Position numbers and translations under genes: made by a program. Shown here one piece after another: positions 22,034 to 34,875 of a stretch of 64,000 bases of DNA (its first letter is position 1; each line of letters opens with the position of its first letter). Under the pieces are notes generated by a model. That model was not told the DNA's origin, made no database searches, and was given only the letters and a program-made list of their open reading frames with translations. This DNA comes from Podarcis filfolensis (Eukaryota): assembly GCA_964270895.1 (NCBI GenBank), contig OZ185437.1; one strand, written 5' to 3'.

Positions 22034-25000
22034 CCTTCCGTGTGTACAGGATTGCAGTCTGAATTAGTCTTAAAAGGTTCTACACAGGGCTGCTAACAAG
22101 GGCTTCCATGCATTTGGGAGTCATTCCCCCTCCTCCAGCTTGTTCATTTTTTATTTTCCAGTAAGTGGAACAAGGTTGAGGGATATGTAGACTAGGACCT
22201 GGAAGACCAGGGTTAAAATTACTCTGTCATGAAGCTCATTATGTGACCTTGGGTCAATCACTGGGCAGGATTCAGCTGTGGGTCTTTCCCCCTCTCTTTG
22301 CCCCACCTCCTTCCATGCCCCTGAAATTGGTTTAGGGGGGCCTCGGAGAACCCCTGGAACATGGAGAAGGGAGAGGTAGGGCTTGTTCTGTTTGCAAGCC
22401 AAAATACTTGCACTGATGCAACAATCAGAAGAGCGCAACATTGAATTCCTCCCACTGTCTCTCAGTGTAACTGGTGCCACAGGGTTGTTGGGTGGTTACC
22501 GGGGGGCGGGGGCGGGGGAGAGAACCATGAGTGCTACTTTGAGCTCCTTGGAGGAAAAGAGATAAGATATTATATAAGATCAAATACAATAAATAAAACA
22601 AATACAATTTTTCTGCAGCTATTCAGAATAAAAATAGCATTACAGTCAAGATCTATAAAGTTTTCATAATCCAGCATGAAATACATTAAACATTAGATCC
22701 CCTTGGGAGTTTTTCTTTAAAGTTTTTGTGTGGTGTCAAAACCAAGATAAAAGATAGCAGTGACTTACCACCAGAGCTGGCCTATTTTTGCATTACATGA
22801 TAAACACGACCATAATATCCTTCAGGCTGTTGGGTGTGTATATATGCAATTGCAGCTTCCTTAAACTACTTCAGATTACTCAATTGCCCATAATAGCTCA
22901 TTTGGGCTGTTTATCATTTAGCTGATTGAAGCTTCTGTACTCGGTGCAATGATCCTTTTCAAGTGTGAAGCACTCAGTATCACAAACAGAATCAGTGAAA
23001 CATTTAGAAACAATTTGTCTATAGTTAAGAGAATACTTTATTCCTAGAGGCTCTGGTTTACGTGGGAGGAAAGGAGTTAAATTAAATTTATTATAAGAAC
23101 AATAATGGCTGTTTATTCAAATCCCTGTCTCCCAGAGATAAAGGAGTGTGTCCTAAATAAATGAACTGGTTTTCCCCAGTGTTTTATAGTTGATACTATT
23201 TTAACTGTTCCATCAATAAATAAAATACTGTGATAGAAAAATGTAAATGCACAAAAGCGGATAATAATATTTGTTAAAAGCTTTATGAATCTAAATTGTG
23301 AATCTAACTGCAAGTCCAAGAAAAAACAAGGAGCTGCAGTTAGGAAAAGGAGAGGTGTGGGTATGTCAGGAAAATGCATTTAGCAGCACAAGCAGATAAC
23401 AGTGAAGTCATGCAGTCATGGTTGCTGGTTCTTTATAATGTGTACATTATTATGCAAAGTAGTGTGAATATTATTTGCTGTTCAGGGGGAGGCTGATTTT
23501 TACTATTTCTTTAAAACTGCAACTGTTAGATAAATATGTTGCATATCCTATAAAAGAAATATCAAATCATTTTAAGTAAAAAAAAAAACCCAACAGACTG
23601 GTAAGGAGCATAAAGATGTTCCATTATAAAAACCATTCTGGGTTGCTGTCACTTATGTGACAAGTAAATTACAGCACCTAGTTTTGATTTTAAAAGGATA
23701 GCTAAATTTCCACATCTTTGGGTTTTGGAAAAAGAGTAACTGAATGGTGAGTGCATGGACAGAAGAAATTTCTCTCTCTGTTCTATATAGCAGAAGGAAA
23801 TATCCCAGATCCCTTTCTGAACCAGATTTAAATAAAGCAAATTTTTTCTCAAAAGCAAAATGTGTATAAACTTTCGGCAGAAGTGTTGATTGCGTGCTGA
23901 TTATGGTTTTAGAATCTTGCATGTGAATGTTTGGTTCTAGGTAATCTTGGTTCTTAGGCTTTGTATACTGTAGTGGAACATTAAGCCACAGCAATTTTTG
24001 AGGTATGATTTTATGGTGCACACACACACAGACTTGCACTAATTAACTGGAATCTTAAAAATAGGCAAAGCTAACAATATAACACAATGAAGGTTGTGCA
24101 GACAGTTGTTAGGTTAGCAATTCTATTGGCTTTTAAGAGTTGCTTCCTTCACTAATCTATTTAATCACAGTAATATATTATACACGTGTCTATTTGATGG
24201 CCAGATGCATGTTAGCCAGAAAATGTGATTTAGCATGCTTATATATGACTTGTAAATTGATATATATAAATAGCGTGTGTTTTTGTGTGTGTGCGTGTGT
24301 GTGTGTGACTGTGAATGAATTCACTGCTACTTTATTCCTCTGTGATTTTTACGCCACAGAAGATTTGTTCCCTTTGTCCTGCATAAGTTCCTCTGCTGTC
24401 ACTCTTGATATCTTTATTCTATGTCGATAATCTTCACTTATCACAATTAGGCATGTGATCCTATTGTCCTTCATAATTTCACGCTTGAGTTATTTGAGAC
24501 CTCCCAGGACCTACAGCTACATTACCCTGTGTCATTAATGTCAATGTGCACTGACTGTTGACCCCACCCCAGCACTATCTACTAGGCTATCTAGATGAGG
24601 GGCAACACTTGCAACCATCATGCTAGGCAGGAAATTTACCTCATGTACGCACATTGGAGCTGTCACCCTGTGAGTGGGATACAGCTCTAACATCCCATCC
24701 ACAAACCTCTCTTCCTCTCTCAGGTTTTCCGAGTCAGCCACCTTGGCTTCAAGGAGATGAAATTGTTTGTGGAGATCCAAGAGCTCATTGCCCTGAAGAC
24801 ACAACCACAAGTTCTGTCTGGCAGCCAGATAGTTGTACATATAACAGATTGCGCAAAACACTGGAAAGCTCCCATGTGTCTTCTGACTTTCTGTCTGCGT
24901 AACTGTTTTTGTAGTTTATTGAGTTACTTTATTAGAAGCTTGGGTTTTGTTTAGATCAAGGAAAGGGGGGGCAGAGCAGTGTACTCTGGACTTCTTGCCC

Positions 25001-25772
25001 TGATGCCAAACTCATTTGGCTGTTTAACTTGCCTTGACACTTTGTTAGCTGGGGCAGACACACTTCATAAGCTAGTGCTGTCTGTTTCTAGTCTACTCGT
25101 GGCTGTGTGAGAAGAGGTGAGGAGAGAGAGCATGCAAACCTGAGACTCACAAAAGCTTTTTCCCGTAATTAGAAACCATGGTATAACATATATCCAAACA
25201 TAGCCAGTGAGTGCTAGACATCAAATAATAGTGGGAGCACTGCTGTAAACCGAAAATCATTATATTTTACTTTGCAACTCTGCTGTCAAATGCAGTCACG
25301 ACTTCTCCTGCCAGTAGAATTTTATCTCAAATAATGTTACAGTGTAATCCTGATTGTGATTGACAATCTGTTACTCTCTTGAATAGCAACGTTCTGGTGG
25401 CTGGTTTCTTTACCACTTGGTATGGACTCTTTTTTCTACATGTATACATGCATTCCTACTAGTAAGGTCGCCACCATCCCATCTTCACCCAGATTCATTT
25501 AATTAATGTGAATTTCCTAGAATAGCTTATTTGAGTAAATTAGTTTTCATGTGCTCCCCCTGCCTTTCTTCAGATGGCTCTTTGGGTTAATTAAGGCTGC
25601 AATCCTAAACACATTTACTAGACTCCAGAGGGTAAGTCTCATTGAATTTAGGGGAAATTATTTTTCTGTTAGCACACTTAGGATTGCCCTGTAAGTAAGG
25701 AATGATCTGTCAACAACTAAATAATAAGCAGTGCTTCGCTGAATGCTGTCTTCATCGTGTTTTTTCAACTAG

Positions 25773-25877
25773 AATGTTCCTCCGGATCTCTCCATCTGCA
25801 CTTTTGTGCTGGAACAGTCCTTGTCCGTGCGAGCCCTCCAGGAAATGTTGGCCAACACGGAGGAGAAAGCAGAAGGG
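25773..25877 (+). CDS. RYR2: RYR2 exon 3 (105 nt) [35 protein letters not shown]
   Basis: aactag acceptor and gtgagc donor; RyR motif. Missed by the ORF track. Confidence 0.98.
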
Positions 25878-26791
25878 GTGAGCAGCAATGTCTCCGCCTT
25901 TTAATTAATTTGTAATTGCTTTTGGATTCTATTAAGTGTCTTGTTATCCGTGATGCTTTTTATTAACACCTCAGCTTTTGGAATCCTATTACACTCCTTA
26001 TTTTATTGAAGTTTACATTCCCAGAAAACTTAAATGACAAAAAGCCATGGAAAACTTAAAACCAAACATGAAAATGTTTTCCCCCTGCTGTCATTATCCT
26101 TGCAAACCAGAAAAAAATGTATGAATATTTTGTTTTCATAATACTTTCCACATGACCATTACAAAATATGGAGTATATATCAGTCTTGGAAACCAGATAG
26201 GCATATACTTATATAATTTGAGTTCTTTATGCCTAGCTTTAATCATGTATTTATCAGTTTCTAATGAATATTGATCTTTAGTCTTCTCATTTTGTATTTT
26301 ATATATGTTATATAATCAATATGGTGTTTGTATCTAGAAGTATATATAACTTTATTATTTTTTTAAAAAAATACACATTAGTTAGTGTATTATACAAAAT
26401 ATACTCTGATTTTCCTGTACCGCATAATGATGGTATTAAACTACTTTTTAAATGATGTTTTACACATATTCTTTCACAATAATAAAGCTAGCTGGTGCTT
26501 GATAGATTTCTGCTTTTGCCTTTCTTCCTTTCTATTTCATCTTCTTCGGTTTCAAGAAGAAATAACCTGCTTCTGCAACAAGAATTGCATCATTCAAACT
26601 TACCCTCTTGTACAGATGTCTGATTAATTTCTGCAGTTCAGTTCTTGCAGTGTCACAACTACCTTGAATTCCTGGTAACATTGTTTAGGAGTCCCCAGTA
26701 AATAAATAAATAAGCACTTTATTGAACCTGGCTATAAATGAAAACCAATTAGGAGATGCTAGGTAAGATTAAAAGCAGTAGTAAGGAAATA

Positions 26792-27017
26792 CAGTGGTAC
26801 CTCGGGTTACAGATGCTTCAGGTTACATACACTTCAGGTTACAGTCTCCGCTCACCCAGAAATAGTACCTCGGGTTAAGAACTTTGCTTCAGGATGAGAA
26901 CAGAAATTGTGCAGTGGTGGCACAGTGGCAGCTAAAGTGGTGCTTCAGGTTAAGAACAGTTTCAGGTTAAGAACAGACCTCCAGAACGAATTAAGTTCTA
27001 AACCCGAGGTACCACTG
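26792..27017 (+). mobile_element. Tigger/pogo-like MITE
   Basis: cagtggtacctcgggtt...aacccgaggtaccactg with TA flanks. Confidence 0.92.
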
Positions 27018-30000
27018 TATGTGCCTATAGGAACAGTTCATAGTTGAAATAGGTAGAATTGGTTAGATCCTTTATAAATAAAATCTAACTTGTTGTCAAT
27101 GTTCCTTACTTGCCTTGAAATCAATTAAATCAAACTGTGTGGGCAAAGCTTTGGTGAACAGCTGACCCAAAGCTTCACAATCAGCTATGGGTCTTGTGGA
27201 GCTCCGTGTCATGGGGATTTCGAAGCTGCTCTAGCCTCCTAGTCTGATATTTACCTTGAGCTGTCCAGGGTGCTACTTTGTTTGCCTGAATTTGCCTTAT
27301 GTTAGTGGTGGAGAACCACAGTTCTGGGGTGCAAATGCTGTCTATCGGACCCTTGGGACTTTGCTCAGGTCATACTTGCTCCAATACCTTCTTCACATAC
27401 CCCTTGAGTGTTTTTGCTTGGCTAGAATGTGCCGTTGAACCCTAATAATGCTTCTTGTTTGCCTGAATGGAAGAGAGAGAGGTGTGTGTGTGCACAAAAC
27501 CAGTTTACAAGACAAAGGTAAAAGGACGTGCTTGATATGAACTGTGCTAGCCTGGAATCTTCTTGTAGTTATTTGAAGAAGGATGCTTATATATTTGAGG
27601 ATCCTGTTTTGAATGTTTCTCCCTCCCACTGCCAATCGGAGTGCCCAACTTTTAGGACTGCACATGGCAAACTTCAGTGATATCCCTAATTATAATAACT
27701 CAGTATCTGTTAAAACCGATCTAAAAGCTGGATTGAGAACAAAGATCACAAGTGCCTCAAAAAAATAAAAATAAAATAAAATAAATGCCTCCAGGAAAAT
27801 TAACAAAAGTATGAAAGAGCTAAGATTCTGATGCTTGGAGGACTTCATGGTGAAAGTCAGAGAGCCTATTACAGGATGAGAATATGTGTCTAGTTTCACT
27901 AGGCACTTTGCTATGGGGCTAATTAAATATGACCTCCCCACATTGCTACCCCATTTGCAGGCAGTACATGTTTGGGGGAGGGGATTCAAAAATTTCAGGA
28001 AGATTTTGTTATTTTACCATTGGTGGCTTATTTGTTCATTGTTCTTTTTGTTTTTGTTTTTAAAGAAAAAATATAATTGCAGATTTTGAGATGCAGTTAT
28101 AGAAGAGCAAGTTGTCAGTTTGTTTTTACTATGATGTCCTGGTTACTACAGTGTCTTGGGTGTCTTTGTGTAGCATGCTCAGAGCTTGTCCCTGTGTTCT
28201 AATGCTAATTGTGATAAAAGATGGATTTCCTCAGCTGCAGCAGAAGCAAATGGGAATGTTACCTCTTTAAAGTCCTGCATTTGATCTGTCTCACGTGAAC
28301 TACCACATGACAGCAACTGCATCATTTCATCTTTCTTTAAACTAATATTTTGGAGTCTAAACAGTTTCTGTTTAATATCTTATAACCAAAATGTAATCAG
28401 AAAAGATTTGTATGATAGATTGGCCATAAACCCTGTCATACTTAATTATATAAATCTGTTCTTCTGTGATTTGTTCCAGAATCTTGTGCTTAACATGTTG
28501 CTTGTATATCCAACTGTCTGGCCTTGTTTAGATCAAAGCTGACATAAAGTACTAAAATACACTGCACACATCTGTAGAAGTATCCTTCAGTTACGGTAAT
28601 ATAAAGGATAAAATGCAAATGGCTTATGTGCACAATCCATGAAGACACTTTCCTTTTCAAATCTATCATAAAGAATGCTATTAATTAGAGTGAGCAAGAA
28701 ACCATGTCCTTGTCCAATTTCCTGCTGGAAGCTTTGTCTCCTCTTCACCCACCCCATTTTTAGGGTTTATTAGTACACTGAGTATTGTCCCTTGTCTTGT
28801 TTCCTCAGTCCCCACCTTTGTTTTTTGTGGTTCAGCCACTATCCTGTAAGAAATGCCAGTTTTTCAGGAGAGGAAGAGTTATAATGGAAGGAACTGAATG
28901 AAGGAAATAATATATGATACTTAAAGTTTTGGAAAATAAGCTGTAGGGTGACAAGAACTTTTTCTGTGCCTCATATGTGGTATATGATGCTGAAAAAGTA
29001 TGTGCAGCTTTCTGAGTTTTTAGGATAAAGCCATTTTGTAAGTAAAATATAGGGTCTATCTTAATATGGCTGGATCTGAACTTTGATTATAAATGGAAAG
29101 ATAAATTTCATGCCTCTATTACAGAAAATAAAACCTTAGGCTATGTAAACAGATCTACATCTTTCAGTTGCAATATAAAATTTGTTGCCAGACTTGGTTT
29201 TACACCTGAGATTGCATCTGTAATAGCTCATAGGAAATGAATAAAAAAAAGTGAAAATATATAAGCCTGATATGTATACACATGAAATATTTACTCGGGG
29301 GGGGGGGAATCAAGTTCTGTGAAGTACAATTTTGTTGTTGGCATTATTGTGCCATGAAGTTTCTTAATGGGGAAGGGGTGACACCTGTATCCAAGCATCC
29401 TTGGAAAAGGCAGGTACACCCTGCCCCCTGTGTAGCTATCGTCCGAGCAGTGTTATGGACTATGGGAAGACTATTTTAGGATGCAGCTTCTAGGGCATAT
29501 GCACTGCTTGGATCTGGAATGCTACTTTTTTGTGCCTCCTTGTCAAAATTAAACTACTGTGAAAGTGTACTGAGCATTACCTGTTGGAGGCTAGAGCAGC
29601 CCTTTGAGAGCAAGATTACTACACAAGCTGTGCAAAAATGATTGCAAAGCCAAAATATAATTGTTCTATCAGGGCAGTTTAGATAGATGCATTGAATGTT
29701 GAGGCATTTGTATACTGTGGCATCTGAGAGGAATATGCCCTTTAACTGTGATGATACAGTGCATGTCTGAAAAAAGGAATTGAGGGGTGTGTTTAGAAAC
29801 CTTTTGACACCTTTGCCTCTGGCCCTGCCCACCACTGATAATCAGCCCCCTCATGAGGGAATGCAGACCTCAGGTTGAAAAATATCACTGCTTCTGCTGT
29901 GCACTGCCAAAACTGCATTCAGAGTCTCATTTCTGTGTGGATTTCCTTTGGCCTCTTGAATGCAGACTTTATTGTGAGAAGAAAAATTGGGCACATGTGT

Positions 30001-30205
30001 GGGCGAAAGTACTTTAAGTACCGCTAATATTTTTTAAAATAGGAATTTTGAGTTCATTTTAGTGTGTACAGTTTAGAAGATATTTCTTACTGCTGTAACA
30101 GATTTGCAGACTTGCAATGGAGTGACAGCTAATGTATGCAACTAATAATGAAGTCTGAACCCAAAGTGGATCCAACTTTTGCAGAAAGAGTTCTGACTAA
30201 AACTT

Positions 30206-30240
<35 letters not shown>

Positions 30241-30241
30241 C
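30206..30241 (+). repeat. (AAC)12 microsatellite
   Basis: Perfect trinucleotide run. Confidence 0.97.
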
Positions 30242-30892
30242 GCAACAAGACACAGCCTGGACTGATATTATGTTTGTACTGTGTTACCAATTACTGACCA
30301 AAGCAGTCTGCTTAGTGATGATACTGATGCAAAAAACGTTTGCTTAATGTTTTGCTGGATTTTTATTGCATTTTGAAATCATGTCCTGACTTTTTTGCTT
30401 GTAATTTTTTGCTTGTGATTTGTAGGAAGCACTTAGAGATTTTGTTATATTAATCAGCATGTAAATTATTAAAAGAATGAAAAACAACATGCATTTAATT
30501 TCAGTACAAATAATATATGGCTGTTGGGCAGGATTGAACTAACAGGGTCTGTGAGTGGAAGGACTTCTGCTTCTGCACTGGGGCTTTGCCACCTTTCCTG
30601 CCCTCAACCTGGCTTTGGAGGGATTGGGAGAACCCTCCGGAACAGAGTGCGGAGGAGGAAGGGTGATCATCCTGCTTGGCAAGTCAAAATATTTGCCCTG
30701 ACAGAATGATCATCTCAGTGCAACGTTTAATTCCCCCTACAAGCATTTGTGAGAAATGGGTTTGGAAACCATGCCCTTGTGATAACCATTCTTATTAATC
30801 GTATTTCTATCAAAATGTGAATGCTAAATTGCAAAATACCATATTTAGTAAGGAACTCATTTTTGTTTTGTTTTGTTTTTTTCTCCCTACAG

Positions 30893-30913
30893 CTAGTTGA
30901 TGTGGAAAAATGG
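30893..30913 (+). CDS. RYR2: RYR2 microexon 4 (21 nt) LVDVEKW
   Basis: Long T-rich tract, ctacag acceptor and gtatgt donor; matches the human QVDVEKW. Confidence 0.95.
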
Positions 30914-33099
30914 GTATGTGCTTGACTCTCTTGACCCAAAATAATCCTTTGTCTATCACAGAGTCTAAATTGTCTGTTTTTTTGTATTCTGTCTGTACCA
31001 CAACACTAATTTGCTTAGCTCAAAACAATTTTTTAAAAACTTCTTTAATAATGATAGCTGGGACTGTTGAGTTCTTGAAATAGTTCCCAAACTTCTTATA
31101 ATATGACTAATAAAATACATTCTAATTCATCCTTGTTTAGTAAATTTTTTTTTAAGGGATTCTCCCTTGTAGTTTTGAGCCTTGCAATTTCATCCTGTAA
31201 ATGTATGTCCTTTAAATCTGTCATTATTTGTGACATTTGTCTGAACACATCTTAAGTGAATAATGCATGTGAATGCCATAATTTTTCCTCTGTGTTTATA
31301 ACTGATGTATTGTTTTATTTATAAAATAGTGTGTATTAAGCTTTTCAAGATAATGAACAGATGTCAGAGAATTTATAGAAAACAAATCACTACATATATC
31401 TTGCCCAATCTCATTTTATTCTTCTAATTCTGAATTAAATCTGTGCATTGATATGTAATGAATTTCTGCGAGCTATTGGGATTGGAAACCTTTGACAATA
31501 TGTCTTCCATTTGTGTGTGTTAATATCCTATTTGTATGTTGAAATCTAGGCATGCAAGTAATGTATTTTCTGTGTATAGAATCTCTTGAGCATGTCTAAC
31601 TTTATTTTGTATAGTGAGATGTTGGCACTCAAAGTCTATTTGCATTATTCCAGAGGTATCTACTTTTGAAAAGTCTATGTTTGCATGTCTACATGATTAT
31701 AATTTTTATTTGCTAATTGTGTGGATTGCTGTGTCTTTAGTTTCTTCCCTCAAATTACTTTCGTTGTCTTCTCTATAATGAGTTATAAACCCATATTTTA
31801 AAAATAAATGCATTAGTATAATATGATTTTACAAGAATTCAAGAAAGAACTATACTATATTTCTCACATTTCAGCACCTTAACTGTGGCTTTGCCAGCCA
31901 TATGGTAAACATGTCCCTCCAAATATTTGTATCCCTTTTCAGAAACTTGAGTAACTAAAAATTAAACTGTCCTAAGTCATGGACTAGCAAAATAAGGATC
32001 ACACTGTAATCCAACCCCGAAAACTTGTTTACTACACAGTGTAAATTAGGTAGCAGAAGTATTGGGCTCTTATATACCCAACTGAATTCCTTTTCATTTA
32101 GGAACCTAGGGTTGTATCCAGTGCCAGGCCTAATAAAAATAGACGTGCTGATGATAATAGACGTGACTAACTTAGGTTCATCAATTTAAATGGGTCTGCT
32201 CTCAATGGGACTAAGTTAGACAGAACCCTAATACTTCTTAATGGTATTAACTTCTCTTTGGAAAAGGACTATATTCTAATTTCTAATATTGTATTTTATG
32301 ACTATTGTGTACATTAATTCAGTGAATATTAAATTAACACAGTGATGAGTATTTCTTTGAAATGTTTCCAAATGCTTGAGATTTGAGCAGTCTACAATTA
32401 TATTGTTCAACAATATTGAAATGAAAAACTGTGTTTTCTAGATACTGTAAACGTATAGAATTAGAACAACAAATTACATACTGTCTCTGCACCCTCTTAC
32501 TCATAACATTTCTCATTTCATATTTGCATCTAATTTAGGATGACTGCCCTTAATAATCTTGCTAAAACTTTAGCATTGGCCAGGTCCAAATGAGAGAGTG
32601 CCAAGTGTAGAGCAAAATACATATGCAGGTCTCCCAACCAGTGTTTTGTGCTGTTTACGTCTCATCTGGTTATTAAGGGAGCAAGCAGTGTAGCAAATCA
32701 GTGCCTTCTGCCAGCTGTAGCATCCATAACATAAGGTGGCCACATGTATTGTTAGGCTTTACTACAGAAAGGTGGGAGATGTAAAACATACGGAAGCATC
32801 TACATAACTGTATTCCATATTTTTCTGGAGTTGTTACTGAGCATATGATTCTTTGACTAGTTTAATGGATTTTCCAGGTTCCTTCATTTTGTTCCTGGAG
32901 CAGGCCTTGTGTTGATGTATGTAGGTGTCATTTAGTTTAGTTCACCTGTGACAGAACTGGCTGGGGTAGTGGAGAAAAAAACAGATTCTTTTCCTTGTGG
33001 CATGTCCAATGGCAGTTGTGTCAAACTTTATGCTACAATTAGTTCAGGTCTGTTAGAGGTTCCTGAAGCATCATTTAGTAATGGCATGTGGAATAAGTT

Positions 33100-33870
33100 C
33101 ACATTGTTGCAGCCTGAGGATATGGACATGGCCTTTGTAGCAGTGAGGCTGATTTGTGTCCTTTAGATCTGTGCCCTTCATGGCTGATAAAATCTAGGAC
33201 GAAGGGATTGACTAGATGGGTGCAGGGAATGGTTAATGCTTCACTACATAAGGAAGTTACACTAGCTGCCTTGAAAGAGATGCAGCCACTCTTAAATATG
33301 TCTTCCCTGGATCCAGAATTTTTTAGAAAATAACAGTCCAATCTCTGTTATTCCCTTTTTGCACAAGGTAATCAAGACAGTGGTAGCTAATCAGCTGCAG
33401 GTGTGCTGGAGGAAGCAGCCTATCTAGACTAAGGTTACCAGACGTCCCCATTTCCCGCGGACAGTCCCCAGTTTTACATATCAGTTCCCTGACAAAATCC
33501 ATCCCCTTCAACTGAAGTTGAAAAGTGTTCCCGGATTCATTGAAAAAATCTGGTAACCTTAATCTAGACTTGTTTCAGGCTAGGTTTTAGTAGTGAAAAA
33601 GCCCTGATCACTTTGATCAAGGGAGAGAAACAGGCATAGTGTGACCCTGTTGGTTCTCCTTGAACTCCCAATGGCTTTTGACACCATACCGTGGTGTCCT
33701 TCTGGAACAACTCTGTGGGGTTGGAGTTGGAGGTGCTGTATTATGATGACTCTACTCTTATCAGCAGGGTAATTACCAGAAAGTATTACTAGGAAAGTTT
33801 TACTTGGTCCTGTAGCTTTTGGGCTGTGGGGGTCCCACAAATGTTCATTCTGTCTCCACCTCCCTCATTA
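33100..33870 (+). mobile_element. Decayed L2-like LINE reverse transcriptase fragment (approximate bounds)
   Basis: Remnants of SLDP..NY.PIS..PFL.KV, LVLL-LS-AFDT and GVPQ motifs are visible. Confidence 0.6.
33430..33561. mobile_element. hAT MITE inside the L2 fragment
   Basis: TIRs taaggttaccaga / tctggtaacctta with a perfect 8-bp TSD atctagac. Confidence 0.9.
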
Positions 33871-34235
33871 TTAACTTAAAGAAGGAATTTTAAATCATAC
33901 CTGTTTGTCCAGGAACTTGATGGCTAAAAGATACTGTTCCAATCAACCTTGAAATTAAAAGTTATGTGCATATGTGGCTGTTTTAAAATGTATTTTTTAA
34001 TTATATTGTTTTTTCAGTTGATAGCTGCCCTGGACTCCTTAGGGAGTTCTAACTCCTTTGGGTTACAAATTTAGTAAATAGTAAAAATAATTAAAAGCAC
34101 TTGAAATAGAGATTTTATTTTTATTTTTAAGAAACCTCTATGAATACAAAAAATGAAGGGGCCAAGTGTAAATCCTTTAGGAGGGAGTTCCACAGACTGT
34201 GGGTCACTACTGAAAAGGCCTTATACCTAGTGCAT

Positions 34236-34367
34236 GCCTAGCTCAGTCTAGGCATGAGAATCTTAATTTCAGGGATGTGGGGTCGAGCCCCATGTTTGGT
34301 AAAATATTCCTTCATTGCAGGGGGTTGGACTAGATGGCCCTCGTAGTCCATTCCAACTCTGAATTTA
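34236..34367 (+). mobile_element. tRNA-Lys-derived SINE with CR1-like tail
   Basis: gcctagctcagtc...gcatgagaatcttaatttcagggatgtggggtcgagccccatgtttgg is a decayed tRNA-Lys(CTT), followed by ggggttggactagatg...ccaactct. Confidence 0.7.
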
Positions 34368-34875
34368 CCGTATTTTTCGCTCTGTAGGATGCACCCGACC
34401 AGTGGTGTAGCGTGGGGGGTGCAGGGGGGGCAGGCCGCACCGGGCGCAACATCTGGGGTTAGGGCAAATCCACGGGTTAGGGGGCGCAAATCCACGGGTT
34501 AGGGGCGCAAATCCACAGGTTAGGGGGTGCAAATTACTTGCCTTGCCCCGGGTGCTGACAACCCACGCTACGCCACTGCACCCGACCATAGGACCATTCT
34601 CCCCTCTCTGCGCAGCGCCCCTTCAGCCAAGCGGCAGGAGAAACGGAGCCCCTTCCATTTCTCCTCCCGCTTGGCTGAAGGGGCGCTGCGCAGCTTTCCC
34701 TCTCTGCTGAAGCCAGGAGAGTCTTGCTCTCCTGGTTTCAGCAAAAGCAACGCGAAGCCTCCGGAGCCTGCATTCGCTGAAGCCAAGGAGCCTGCATTTG
34801 CTCCATAGGACGCACACACATTTCCCCTTAATTTTTGGAGGGGAAAAAGTGCATCCTATAGAGCGAAAAATGCGG
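34368..34875. mobile_element. Tc1-mariner-like MITE
   Basis: TIRs ccgtatttttcgctctgtagga / tcctatagagcgaaaaatgcgg with TA flanks. Confidence 0.88.
34400..34578. mobile_element. Young hAT MITE with an internal GGGTTAGGG-containing tandem array
   Basis: TIRs cagtggtgtagcgtgg / ccacgctacgccactg, perfect 8-bp TSD cacccgac, CpG-rich. Confidence 0.92.

Noticed and set aside
24055-24064. MEF2-like site TTAAAAATAG
   Set aside because: Such matches are expected by chance in AT-rich introns, and there is no conservation data.
25108-25160. gaagagg...actcacaaaagctt resembling a decayed PLE hammerhead
   Set aside because: The core is not intact and the spacing is wrong; too degenerate to call.
34236-34310. 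tRNA-Lys-like sequence as a functional tRNA gene
   Set aside because: The D-arm and anticodon are decayed and it is fused to a CR1-like tail, so it is a SINE head.
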